This document shows, one piece after another, positions 42,130-55,171 of a stretch of DNA of 64,000 nucleotides. A program made the position numbers and the translations under genes. The stretch's first letter is position 1, and each line of letters begins with the position of its first letter. The notes below the pieces were generated by a model. That model worked only from the letters and a program-made list of their open reading frames with translations. It was not told the DNA's origin and did no database searches. This DNA comes from Octopus vulgaris (Eukaryota): the NCBI GenBank assembly GCA_951406725.2, contig OX597821.1, positions 84,754,001 through 84,818,000 of the forward strand. The letters are read 5' to 3'.

Positions 42130-42960
42130 CTAATGATGGTTCGACCAGTTTCACTCTGGAAAGTTTTCTATCGCAGTTCCCCATACTAAGTTTAATCAAT
42201 AGTGAGCTCCTGAAAATGGTAGTTGAAGAAATTCCAAAGTAAAGTGAACGAGAAGTAGCAAGGCAGTTCAATTCAAGTCACATTTCTCTCATGAAATGCA
42301 TTCATGAATTAGGAAAAGTGTCTAAACCTGGTCCGTGGGTCGCTCATCATTTGAGTGCTTCTTCGCTTAAAAAAAAATCAAAGAGAAAACCCTATGCATA
42401 AGCTTGCTACCAAACTATTCCTTGATAGAATCAGCAAAAGTGATGAAAATAGCAATGATTAGCACCCAATAAAAAAGAAAGTCCATCTCCAAATAAGGAC
42501 TACACTCGAAAACTGCTATACTCTATGCCTGGTGAGTTATGAAGAGCGTCGCCTATCAAGAAGAGTTAAACCAAAACAAAGAAGTTAATACGGAGACGTA
42601 TCGTCGTCGATTGGGAGCGTTACAGAAACTTTTTCAGAAAAAAGCCCATCATTGGCGAAACGTATGGGAATGTTAGTCGATAATGCAATACAACATGTTT
42701 TCCCAAGTGACTCCGGATAATATTATTGCACTAAATATTGAGGTTTTGTCTCATCCAATACATTCTTCTGATATTGCACCTTCTGGCCATCATCTTTTCA
42801 CATTCTTGCAGCATTATTCAATGGAAAACAGATCATTAATCGTGAAGTTGTTTAAAATGACACTGGGCCTTTCTCTGCTTCAAAATCTGAAGAATTTTAC
42901 ATTCGAAGGATCAGCAGTTTGCCATATTAATTGGATCATGTTATCAATAGTAGGATAGGA
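42130..42960 (+). mobile_element. Degenerate mariner transposase
   Basis: LGKVSKPGPWVAHHL (WVPHEL-like) and EVLSHPIHSSDIAPSGHHLF (HPPYSPDLAPSD-like). Confidence 0.8.
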
Positions 42961-43106
42961 AAATATCTTTCTGTTGAAAATACATATTTCTTGCAGCTGA
43001 AGATAGCGCTGTATTTAAATTGATGAAATGATACATTGTTCAATTAAATGGGGCGGCTTGAAACGGCCGTACTGAATTACTACTTGACGTCCTGTTATTT
43101 ATTTTG

Positions 43107-43147
<41 letters not shown>

Positions 43148-43520
43148 TATTATAAAAGGCAGATTTTATCTGCCTCCCTTTGGGAGTTATACAAATCTAC
43201 AATATAGGATTTCTTCAATTACAATTTACCTAGCAATTTTAAGAGTACAATGCATCGCGTCATGCCAGGTCCAGTTTTTAAAATTTAAACTCCAATTAAG
43301 CAAAATTTACAGAAAACTCACATTCTGGTGTGTGTGTCAAATGCTTTTCTTAGTCTGGTTTACACCACACGCAAACGCACACACACAGTGGGCAGCGAAT
43401 AAAATGAAAGTAATTTACTTACTGTAGTGAGTGATTCTTTCACTCTGCCTCCCACTTCCTCTTTCAACACAGACACGCAAATATATAAATAAAATTGTAA
43501 GCTAACGTGCGTGTGTGTGA

Positions 43521-43553
<33 letters not shown>

Positions 43554-43556
43554 AGG

Positions 43557-43592
<36 letters not shown>

Positions 43593-43643
43593 GCGTGAGT
43601 GTGTGACAGGAAAGTTTTTTACGACGAATATAAGTAGCAGAAA

Positions 43644-44125
43644 GATAAGACAGTAAGGTGTGATTTGAGGGAGATTTGGCTGCTATTTCTACCATGTCTA
43701 GCTGCCATGTAGGGGTCTCCCTCATAGGCTCATACATACATATATACATAGATAAGACAGTAAGGTGTGATTTGGGGGAAATTTGGCTGCTATTTCTACC
43801 AGGTCTAGCTGCCATGTAGGGGTCTCCCTCATAGGCTCATACATACATATATACATAGATAAGACAGTAAGGTGTGATTTGGGGGAAATTTGGCTGCTAT
43901 TTCTACCAGGTCTAGCTGCCATGTAGGGGTCTCCCTCATAGGCTCATACATACATATATACATAGATAAGACAGTAAGGTGTGATTTGGGGGAAATTTGG
44001 CTGCTATTTCTACCAGGTCTAGCTACCATGTAGAGGTCCCCCTCATTGGCTCATATATATATACATACATAAGACAGTAAGGTGTGATTTGAGGGAGATT
44101 TGGCTGCTGTTTCTACCAGGTCTGT
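43644..44125. repeat. 107-bp minisatellite (4 units plus partial; 3 plus partial at 45814-46187)
   Basis: GATAAGACAGTAAGGTGTGATTTG recurs at 43644, 43751, 43858, 43965 and about 44068. Confidence 0.95.
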
Positions 44126-44488
44126 TAGGCCTTCTCATGTAAACTCAAGCTTTTTCATGCCTTCAACATATGACCAAAGCAGAGAATGTATTCTTTTATT
44201 CTTCTGCTTTTTCCAGCCATTGGTCTGTGGCCATGCTGGGGCAATGCCTTGAAGAATTGTAGTTTAATGAATCAACTCCACTTTTATTTTTGTAAGCATT
44301 GTACTTATTCTATCTGTTTCCTTTGTCAAACCACTAGGTGACAGGGATGTAAACAAACCAACATTCGTTGTCAAGCAGTGGTGGAGGACAATCACAAGCA
44401 CAGACACGCACACACACACACATACATGCATACACATATACACACATACATACATACATACATATATATATATGTGTGTATATATATA

Positions 44489-44747
44489 TTGCAGCGTGGA
44501 AGGTGTTTGTAAGCCATTTAAGAAACACACAAAAACCGTTACATTCACTTCAACATTTAAATTTAATTTGCCAAAATATTTTCGTCGCTTTCAGACCGCG
44601 ACCTGTTCACTGACAAAAATATCGTGCTAACAGGTCGCGGTCTCAAAGCGACGAAAATATTTTCACAAATTAAATTTAAATGTTGAAGTGAATCTAACGG
44701 TTTTTGTGTGTTTCTTAAATGGCTTATAAACACCTTCAACGCTGCAA
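44489..44747. repeat. Foldback inverted repeat (duplicated at about 46544-46801)
   Basis: 44489-44607 vs 44629-44747. Confidence 0.92.
44567..44617 (-). ncRNA. Hammerhead variant with a G3-C8 swapped core
   Basis: TTTGTCA-GTGAACA-G-GTCGC-GGTCTGAAA-GCGAC-GAA-AATATT-T-TGGCAAA. Confidence 0.6.
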
Positions 44748-44915
44748 CTGTTTTCGTTCCAGCACACGATCTCAGATCAAGTCACTTGCTATGCAAGTAC
44801 ATCTCTGTAACTATATATATATTTATATATATATATATATATATATGTATATTGGTAAAAACAGTAAGATAACAAAAGAAAGAAAGAGACCTCAATATTA
44901 TGTAAATAGAGGAAA

Positions 44916-45311
44916 TCTTTATATATAAAAGTGAGGTTGTGTGTCTGTCTCCTACGATTTAGATTCCTAACTACTCCCACATTTTGCGGTGCAGTTTAAC
45001 CAAAACCGGGTATCTTATAGTCGTGATTCATATCGAGACCGTCTGGGTATTAACGCGCGTCTACGATGAGTCTACGATTTAAAAAAAAATTTACCATCAA
45101 TTTTTCCCATTTTTAATCCATTTTTGACATATATAAGGGAAGTAACTCTCTAAAATTTATTATTAAATCTCAGAACGTAAAAAGCTACAGTAACACCCCT
45201 CCCCCTTTGTGGTTAGCCATATTGAGATGGCTATTATACTTTACATCTCTAAAAATGCTTATATAATTTATTTCCCTTACAAACCCGAGCAACGCCGGGC
45301 GATACTGCTAG
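44916..45311 (+). mobile_element. Non-autonomous Helitron (second copy 46966-47360)
   Basis: A|TC start, subterminal hairpin CCCGAGC-AAC-GCCGGG, CTAG|T end. Confidence 0.88.
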
Positions 45312-48045
45312 TCTTATTATAAAAGGCAGATTTTATCTGCCTCCCTTTGGGAGTTATACAAATCTACAATATAGGATTTCTTCAATTACAATTTACCTAG
45401 CAGTTTTAAGAGTACAATGCATCGTGTCATGCCAGGTCCAGTTTTTAAAATTTAAACTCCAATTAAGCAAAATTTACAGAAAACTCACATTCTGGTGTGT
45501 GTGTCAAATGCTTTTCTTAGTCTGGTTTACACCACACGCAAACGCACACACACAGTGGGCAACGAATAAAATGAAAGCAATTCACTTACTGTAGTGAGTG
45601 ATTCTTTCACTCTGCTTCCCACTTCCTCTTTCCACACATACACACGCAAATATATAAATAAAATTGTAAGCTAACGTGCGTGTGTGTGAGTGGGTGTGTG
45701 TGGGTGTGTGCGTGTGTGTGTGTGTGTGAGGGTGCGTGTGTGTGCGTGTGCGTGAGTGTGTGATAGGAAAGTTTTTTACGACGAATATAACACCTATATC
45801 CAAGTAGCAGAAAGATAAGACAGTAAGGTGTGATTTGAGTGAGATTTGGCTGCTATTTCTAACATGTCTAGCTGCCATGTAGGGGTCTCCCTCATAGGCT
45901 CATACATACATATATACATAGATAAGACAGTAAGGTGTGATTTGGGGGAAATTTGGCTGCTATTTCTACCAGGTCTAGCTGCCATGTAGGGGTCTCCCTC
46001 ATAGGCTCATACATACATATATACATAGATAAGACAGTAAGGTGTGATTTGGGGGAAATTTGGCTGCTATTTCTACCAGGTCTAGCTACCATGTAGAGGT
46101 CCCCCTCATTGGCTCATATATATATACATACATAAGACAGTAAGGTGTGATTTGAGGGAGATTTGGCTGCTGTTTCTACCAGGTCTGTTAGGCCTTCTCA
46201 TGTAAACTCAAGCTTTCTCATGCCTTGACCAAAGCAGAGAATGTATTCTTTTATTCTTCTGCTTTTTCCAGCCATTGGTCTGTAGCCATGCTGGGGCAAT
46301 GCCTTGAAGAATTGTAGTTTAATGAATCAACTCCACTTTTATTTTTGTAAGCATTGTACTTATTCTATCTGTTTCCTTTGTCAAACCACTAGGTGACAGG
46401 GATGTAAACAAACCAACATTCGTTGTCAAGCAGTGGTGGAGGACAATCACAAGCACAGACACGCACACACACACACATACATGCATACACATATACACAC
46501 ATACATACATACATACATATATATATATGTGTGTATATATATATTGCAGCGTGGAAGGTGTTTGTAAGCCATTTAAGAAACACACAAAAACCGTTACATT
46601 CACTTCAACATTTAAATTTAATTTGCCAAAATATTTTGTCGCTTTGAGACCGCGACCTGTTCACTGACAAAAATATCGTGCTAACAGGTCGCGGTCTCAA
46701 AGCGATGAAAATATTTTGACAAATTAAATTTAAATGTTGAAGTGAATCTAACGGTTTTTGTGTGTTTCTTAAATGGCTTATAAACACCTTCAACGCTGCA
46801 ACTGTTTTCGTTCCAGCACACGATCTCAGATCAAGTCACTTGCTATGCAAGTACATCTCTGTAACTATATATATATTTATATATATATATATATATGTAT
46901 ATTGGTAAAAACAGTAAGATAACAAAAGAAAGAAAGAGACCTCAATATTATGTAAATAGAGGAAATCTTTATATATAAAAGTGAGGTTGTGTGTCTGTCT
47001 CCTACGATTTAGATTCCTAACTACTCCCACATTTTGCGGTGCAGTTTAACCAAAACCGGGTATCTTATAGTCGTGATTCATATCGAGACCGTCTGGGTAT
47101 TAGCGCGCGTCTACGATGAGTCTACGATTTAAAAAAAAATTTACCATCAATTTTTCCCATTTTTAATCCATTTTTGACATATATAAGGGAAGTAACTCTC
47201 TAAAATTTATTATTAAATCTCAGAACGTAAAAAGCTACAGTAACACCCCTCCCCCTTTGTGGTTAGCCATATTGAGAAGGCTATTATACTTTACATCTCT
47301 AAAAATGCTTATATAATTATTTCCCTTACAAACCCGAGCAACGCCGGGCGATACTGCTAGTCTTATTATAAAAGGCAGATTTTATCTGCCTCCCTTTGGG
47401 AGTTATACAAATCTACAATATAGGATTTCTTCAATTACAATTTACCTAGCATTTTTGAGAGTACAATGCATCGCGTCATGCCAGGTCCAGTTTTTAAAAT
47501 TTAAACTCCAATTAAGCAAAATTTACAGAAAACTCACATTCTGGTGTGTGTGTCAAATGCTTTTCTTAGTCTGGTTTACACCACACGCAAACGCACACAC
47601 ACAGTGGGCAACGAATAAAATGAAAGTAAATAGCGACAGTGATTTGAGGAAGACTAAAGTGAAAGTATTCTGTCTATGACGCTGATAGATACATGAGTAA
47701 AATGTATGGGAAGCTAAGAGCTAAGAGTGAGTGAAAATGTTCTTGGAAGAGAGTAATTAGTAATAAAGTAAACATACACTCATACATACATACATACATA
47801 CATACATACATACATACACACACACATACACACACACATACATACACACACACATACATACACACATACATACATACATACATATACATACATACATACA
47901 TATACATACATACATACACACACATACACACACACACAGTATTGAAGCTTGAGAACAATCAGATACATTTGCAACACATCTGTTGAAAATATTATTGTTC
48001 ACACACATACATATACATATATACATACAGACAGACAGACAGATA

Positions 48046-48087
<42 letters not shown>

Positions 48088-48124
48088 ATCCAGCATGGCC
48101 ACAACCTCAAGGCTGAAACATATA

Positions 48125-48505
48125 AAACAATAACAGAATATAAATGTTTGCAAAGTACAAGAAATATTAATGCAGTATATGGGGATTGGACAATAAGCGT
48201 AAGGCAGTGTCAATGGTGGTTCCAGAAATCCCGAGCCATAAACTACAGCCTAGAAGACGAGCCTCATCCTGAAAGATCTGTAGAACTCGACAAGGACATC
48301 CTGAAAACCCTGGTGGAACAAAATATCATCGTAACTGTTGAGGAACTAGCAGAGAAGCTTGGATTTGGTCATTCAACCATTCATTGACACCTGTGTGCTA
48401 TCGGAAAAGTCAGCAAATTGGGTCAATGGGTTCCTCACGAACTTTCCGAGTCTAATTGCATGCAGAGAGTGAATGTATGCTTTTCTTTGCTGTCATATCT
48501 CACCA
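48125..48505 (+). mobile_element. Mariner transposase N-terminal fragment
   Basis: RNINAVYG...VRQCQWWFQK...SLEDEPH...TVEELAEKLG..HSTIH*HL..IGKVSKLGQWVPHEL. Confidence 0.88.
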
Positions 48506-48522
48506 CTACTGCGCTATGTATA

Positions 48523-49160
48523 TCTATATATATAAAACTGTAGTTGTGTGAGTGTCTGTCCCCTTCGATTTAGATTCCTAACTACTCCCACATTTTGCGG
48601 TACAGTTTAACCAAATTCGGGTAGCTTATAGTCGTGATTCATATCGAGCCCGTCTGAATATTAGCGCGCGTCTACTATGAGTCTACGATTTAAAAAATAA
48701 TTTAACATCATTTTTTATTCCATTTTAATGCATAATTTTTCGTGTGTCGATGGCGGCGGACTTGGCGTCCACGCTCACACCTGCACCTGTGGGGAAGGGA
48801 GTGTAAGGAAATCAACGTCGTAATGCGTTGTCAAGGAGACCAGTGTTCTTTTAGAACAACGACTTCATGGCTTGAAGACACCAAAACAGAAATGGCTAAG
48901 AAAGCGTCTACATGAGTCTACGATTTAAAAAAAAATTTGCCATCGTTTTTTTTCCATTTTAATGCATTTTTTCGCTATTATATAAGGGAAGTAACTCTCT
49001 AAAAATGTCTACGATGAGTCAACGATTTAAAAAAAAAATTTACCATCATATTTTTTCCATTTTTAATGCATTTTTTGCTATCTTTTGGCTATAACTCTCT
49101 AAAAATGCTTATATAGTTATTTCCCTTACAAACCCGAGCAACGCCGGGCGATACTGCTAG
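48523..49160 (+). mobile_element. Non-autonomous Helitron, longer variant
   Basis: Same 5' TC, hairpin and CTAG end; extra internal segment and internal repeats. Confidence 0.88.
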
Positions 49161-49277
49161 TATATATATATATATATAAGTAACAATGAAGGGTGAAATT
49201 AATTAATTTGGAATAATTATCAATTACACCAAGTAGTCTTCGGCATGTAAAAGCCTCATTCGAGGAAAATTTAAGTA

Positions 49278-49639
49278 ATACTAAGCAATTAAGGGTTTAG
49301 CAACGAATTGCCTTACCGCACACCGAATTTAGAAATAGCAGTCAAAGAGATTATAGCTATTTCTTCTACTAAAAGGGAGATCACAGTAAAGACACAGCAT
49401 TTGAAAGGCGAACACAAACAGGTAAGAGAGAATGAATTAAGTCACCGTAGGTGACTTAAAACTGTATGATAGATTGCCGTTAATTCATTCTCTCTTACCT
49501 GTTTGTGTTCGCCTTTCAAATGCTGTGTCTTTACTGTGATCTCCCTTTTAGTAGAAGAAATAGCTATAATCCTCTTTGACTGCTATTTCTAAATTCGGTG
49601 TGCGGTAAGGCAATTCGTTGCTAAACCCTTAATTGCTTA

Positions 49640-49643
<4 letters not shown>
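49278..49643. repeat. Foldback inverted repeat, arms about 163 bp
   Basis: 49278-49440 is the reverse complement of 49480-49643. Confidence 0.95.
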
Positions 49644-49703
<60 letters not shown>

Positions 49704-49969
49704 TGTATGTATGTATGTATGTATGTATGTATGTATGTATGTATGTATGTATGTATGTATGTATGTATGTGTGTGTATGTGTATGCGCCTGTGTGCGTAT
49801 TGGGTATACCCAGTGAACCTTCAAAATTTCGATTCCATATCGAATAATTACGCTTCAACAATCGATAAAATCTATAACAGAACTCACAACAAACGCAATC
49901 GTACAATATTTCAAAAAAACAACAATAAAACTACTATTTTTTCTTCTACAACAACAACAACAACTACTA

Positions 49970-50063
<94 letters not shown>

Positions 50064-50261
50064 AAGAATGCAAGCAACAAAGTCAAAAATAACAATAATT
50101 ATAATATAGACGCAACAACTATTGAAACAATAGCGAGTACGAAATAACGATAGACCATCCATGTTGTCACTTAATATGGTAGAAATAGCAATTAAATTTC
50201 ACTTAAATTGCATCATACTGTCATACAAAGGAAAAGCACATTCATATACGCTTAGGATACT

Positions 50262-50471
50262 CTTTACTCTTTTACTCTTTTACTTGTTTCAGTCATTTGA
50301 CTGCGGCCATGCTGGAGCAGCGCCTTTAGTCGAGCAAATCGACCCCGGGACTTATTCTTTTGTAAGCCCCGTACTTATTCTATCGGTCTCTTTTGCCGAA
50401 CCGCTAAGTGACGGGGACGTAAACACACCAGCATCGGTTGTCAAGCAATGCTAGGGGGACAAACACAAACA

Positions 50472-50562
<91 letters not shown>

Positions 50563-50680
50563 GACAGGCTTCTTTCAGTTTCCGTCTACCAAATCCACTC
50601 ACAAGGCATTAGTCGGCCCGGGGCTATAGCAGAAGACACTTGCCCAAGATGCCACGCAGTGGGACTGAACCCGGAACCAT
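50262..50680 (-). mobile_element. SINE family A, 5'-truncated
   Basis: Reverse-complement homology. Confidence 0.9.
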
Positions 50681-51190
50681 GGATATCTGCTAAAAAAATA
50701 TAGTTCATGAAAAAAAAAAGCTTGTAATAGTCGCGGCTGAAACGCCGGTTAACACAAGTGCACCGTTCCGAAGCTGACATCAAAAACAAGGAAAAATAAC
50801 AATAAAAACAAACAAACAACAACAACCAAAACTTGCGCGAAATTTTAATTGTTACAGAAAACAGAACCATTTATTGGTAAATTATTGATTACTCTTAATT
50901 AAAGTACTCTTCGTTTGTGTAAGTATGTTCGATCCTGATTGAATATATGAATATATATATATCATATATACACATATGTGAGTGTATGTTTGTTTGTTTG
51001 TGTGTGTGTGTGCGCGCGTTCCTCTCTGTATTTTTGTATGTATTTATGTAGGTAGGTAGGTAGGTAGGTATGATTGTGTGTGTGTGTAGGAGTTTTTGTA
51101 TATACATTTATATTACATATTGCCCTAATCAGTGTTCATTTACTATAATTTTTATTATCATTGTTATTATTATTATCATCATCATCATCA

Positions 51191-51286
<96 letters not shown>

Positions 51287-51376
51287 ACCAAATCAAGCAT
51301 CGGAGAGGATAACAAATCTTGGATTATCCGAGTCCCAGAAAGTAGAGACTGTATTCTTTACTATTTATTTCACTAA

Positions 51377-51473
51377 TTATACATCAGTAAACTGCTTTTT
51401 CATCCAGTTTCCTAACTCTTGAGCGTGTTTCGATGTGCATCTGAAAGCAGCGAATGTAAGATTTTCCCAGAAT
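51377..51473 (-). CDS. STC: Stanniocalcin-like gene, terminal coding exon (97 bp including TAA)
   Basis: Strong acceptor tttttctttctgttgcag|, phase-compatible with the previous exon. Translates (A)FWENLTFAAFRCTSKHAQELGNWMKKQFTDV* and supplies the 10th Cys. AATAAA lies just downstream. Confidence 0.8.
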
Positions 51474-51574
51474 CTGCAACAGAAAGAAAAAGTAACAGAC
51501 TTCATCGTTTGACCAAGCAGGTCCATCATAAAAGACATCCTAACCATAACCAGAGGTCAATAAAATAAGTACCA

Positions 51575-51971
51575 ATTTCTTTATTACCCACAAGGGGCTA
51601 AACATAGAGGGGACAAACATAGGTATTAAGTCGATTACATCGACCCCAGTGCGTAACTGGTACTTAATTTATCGACCCCGAAAGGATGAAAGGCAAAGTC
51701 GACCTGGGCGGATTTTGAACTCACAACGTAACGGCAGCCGAAATACCTATTTCTTTATTACCCACAAGGGGCTAAACACAGAGGGAACAAACAAGGACAG
51801 ACATAGGTATTAAGTCGATTACATCGACCCCAGTTCGTAACTGGTACTTAATTTATCGACCCCGAAAGGATGAAAGGCAAAGTCGACCTGGGCGGATTTT
51901 GAACTCACAACGTAACGGCAGCCGAAATACCGCTAAGCATTTCGCCCGACGTGCTAACGATTCTGCCAGCT
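51575..51971 (-). mobile_element. SINE family B dimer nested in an older plus-strand B copy
   Basis: Junction at about 51747; the flanks continue as gaggtcaataaaataagtacca / aagtactggggtc. Confidence 0.85.
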
Positions 51972-52218
51972 ACCACCCAAGTACTGGGGTCACTGTAACT
52001 GACTTCCCCTTCAGCAAAATTTCAGGCGTTGCGTCTATAGAAAGCGAGATCATTGTATTCTAACCTGCTTTAAGTGGTTTAAGGGAGAAGTGACTACTAT
52101 TTCTGGAAAATCGACAGATCACATATAAGGTACTTCCTCTAATATATATATATTCACACATTACATTATTTACATTATTTAGATTTGACGGATATTTGCC
52201 CTCATCTTGTTTGTTATT

Positions 52219-52264
52219 AACACAACGTTTCGACTGTTGTATTCTCTCGCCTTCATCAGGTATC
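52219..52264 (-). ncRNA. Minimal hammerhead motif with palindromic ACGT stem III
   Basis: GATAC-CTGATGA-A-GGC...GTC-GAAACGT-T-GTGTT. Confidence 0.65.
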
Positions 52265-52346
52265 CGGGGGAATTTTGAATGTGGGTTTCTCGCTCCTGAA
52301 GCATTTTTCCAATCTTATTATTATCATTATTGCTATTATTATTATT

Positions 52347-52532
<186 letters not shown>

Positions 52533-52539
52533 TGCCCAT

Positions 52540-52860
52540 GGGCATATGGCGTAGTGGTTAAGAGTGCGGGATACCCCAAAATTCCGTGTTCAATTCCAGG
52601 CAGTGACCTGGCTAATAATAATAATAATAATAATGATAATAATAATAATAATAATAATAACAACAACAACAACAACATCGGAAAAGTACCTTAAGAATGA
52701 GAACTCATGTTCGAAATTCCCCCAGGACACTTGATGAAGGCTGGAGAGTATATCAGCCGAAACGTTTTGTTAACAACAAACAAAATGAGGACAAATATCC
52801 GTCAAATGTAAATAATGTAAATAATGTACATAATTCCTCATCTCCTAAATATAGAACTGT
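52540..52860 (+). mobile_element. tRNA-headed SINE family E with (AAT/AAC)n linker and hammerhead-containing tail (truncated copy 11262-11445; headless inverted copy 52160-52313)
   Basis: TGGCGTAGTGGTTAAGAG / GTTCAATTCC head. The tail has GACAC-TTGATGA-A-GGCTG...CAGCC-GAAACGTT. Confidence 0.8.
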
Positions 52861-53067
52861 ATTATATTCACTCGGTATGAGATTGGTTGTGAATAACTGA
52901 ATATATAATTCTAATATTGCTGGTATTTCTTTTATCAACATCAATTAGATTGCGAATTGAAAAAAAGAATTCTGGTGGGATTTGAACGCAAAATGTAGAA
53001 GTAAGAATCAAATAACCTGACAATGTTTTACTCCGGTATGGTAATGAGATTTCTGCATATATAAGCC

Positions 53068-53452
53068 GTGGAGGCGCAATGGCCCAGTGGTTAGGGCAGC
53101 GGACTCGCGGTCATAGGATCGCGGTTTCGATTACCCAGACCGGGCGTTGTGAGTGTTTATTGAGCGAAAACACCTAAAGCTCCACGAGGCTCCGGCAGGG
53201 GATGGTGGTGACCCCTGCTGTACTCTTTCACCACAACTTTCTCTCACTCTTACTTCCTGTTTCTGTTGTACCTGTAATTCAAAGGGCCGGCCTTGTCACT
53301 CTCTGTGTCACGTTGAATATCCCCGAGAACTGCGTTAAGGGACACGTGTCTGTGGAGTGCTCAGCCACTTAGACGTTAATTTCATGAGCAGGCTGTTCCG
53401 TTGATTCGGATCAACCGGAACCCTCATCGTCGTAACCGACGGAGTGCTTCCA
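53068..53452 (+). mobile_element. SINE family C
   Basis: Near-identical to 35039-35429. Confidence 0.9.
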
Positions 53453-53614
53453 CATACGAATGCATATCTCTTTTACTTTTATTTGTTTCAGTCATTTGAC
53501 TTCGGCTATGATGGAGCATCGCCTTTGTTGGAACAGATCGGCCCCAAATCTTATTCTTTGTAAGCCTATTACTTATTCAATCGTTTTTTTTTTACCGAAC
53601 CGCTACGTTACGGG

Positions 53615-53947
53615 AAACAGCCTGCTCGGAACTGTCTGCTCGTAAAATTAACGTGCAAGTGGCTGAGCAGTCCACAGACACGTGTACCCTTAACGTAGTT
53701 CTCGGGGAGATTCAGCATGACACAGAGTGTCACAAGGCTGGCACCTTTCAAATACAAGTACAACAGAAACAGGAAGAGTGAGAGAAAGTTGTGGTGAGAG
53801 AGTACAGCAGGGTTCACCTGTCGGAGCCTCGTGGAGCTTTAGGTGTTTTCGCTCAATAAATACTCACAACGCCCGGTGTGGGAATCGAAACTGCAATTCT
53901 AAGACCGCGTGTACGTTGCACTAACCACTGGGCCATTGCGCCTCCAC
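53615..53947 (-). mobile_element. SINE family C, inverted relative to 53068-53452
   Basis: Reverse-complement homology. Confidence 0.88.
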
Positions 53948-54151
53948 ACATGGCCATATCGCCATGACTGATCCACAAGTATTTTTACTCTCTCTTTGTT
54001 TCTTTTCTTGTGTTCCTTTCTGGTGAAGATCGTAGGCTTGAAACGTAAATGAGTTTCTCACTTTCCTGAGCGTCAAACTATATACATCTGCTTGTTATTT
54101 ATACACCTGCCCTCGTCTTTTATTTTTCTATAAATTTCAACTATACATACA

Positions 54152-54239
<88 letters not shown>

Positions 54240-54241
<2 letters not shown>

Positions 54242-54773
54242 TCAAAATCAAGGAACGGCCATAATAGGCCATTCACCCACTAGAAATAACAGCCAAAGCT
54301 TCAACCGCAAAACAACATTAATTCCGCAAACCAGGAGAAAATTAAAAAAACATTTACCCTGTAGTTCCTTATACGATGCACCGTTTCATCTATTGTTTAA
54401 TGGTAAACTAACGTAATGGAATCGGCGGCTTATATTTGCTGCCGATAAATTTGGCGAGAGTGCGATGATTTGAAAATTTTAGGTCAGATATTGCCGAGAC
54501 AGTGATAGAAGTGCCTCGTGTAAATATCTGCTCCGATCTGGCTGTTCTTACTGACGAATCTATCGGCCTATGGAAGACTAGCTTGATTTAATTTAATCAG
54601 GTTAGTTTACCATTAAACAATAGATGAAACGGTGCATCGTATAAGGAACTACAGGGTAAATGTTTTTTTAATTTTCTCCTGGTTTGCGGAATTAATGTTG
54701 TTTTGCGGTTGAAGCTTTGGCTGTTATTTCTAGTGGGTGAATGGCCTATTATGGCCGTTCCTTGATTTTGATG
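54240..54773. repeat. Foldback inverted repeat, arms about 173 bp
   Basis: 54240-54412 is the reverse complement of 54601-54773. Confidence 0.95.
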
Positions 54774-54872
54774 TTGAATTTATAAATGGTCTATGACTAT
54801 TTAATTTTTTCCCACTAGGCCGCTGGTGGCAAAAAAATTCTACGAAATTTTTTGCCACCCTATATTGATTAA

Positions 54873-54925
<53 letters not shown>

Positions 54926-55171
54926 TGTGGCAAACTTTCAGACCCTAGTCTAGATTGCGAATCCTCTATATTCCAGGATGGTTCAGCCCTCCACCTGTTA
55001 AAAGCCACCGTTTACGGAATGGGGATAACAATGTAGCTTTCCACGCCCGTGTAACCACCAGTCTATCGCGTGTGGCGGGTGGATCTTCGAGTTGCCACAC
55101 GCACTCTTAGTAGCTTAGAGTAGGCTCGAATTAGAGATTATTCTTTGTGGCTAATGGCGTGAGTCCTGATT

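Larger units (their letters stand above)
43145..47629 (+). repeat. Tandem duplication: units 43145-45311 (2167 bp), 45312-47360 (2049 bp), partial 47361-47629, bounded by Helitron termini
   Basis: Near-identical sequence. Each unit starts TCTTATTATAAAAGGCAG and both junctions read ...GATACTGCTAG|TCTTATT. Confidence 0.95.

Noticed and set aside
43644-44125. CRISPR-like regular repeats
   Set aside because: Units are contiguous and near-identical with no unique spacers; eukaryotic context.
54017-54050. Further hammerhead-like remnants (also about 10507-10590, 35785-35892 minus, 39145-39235 minus, 39588-39625, 54551-54585)
   Set aside because: Core or stems are too mutated to call individually, though they fit the general pattern.
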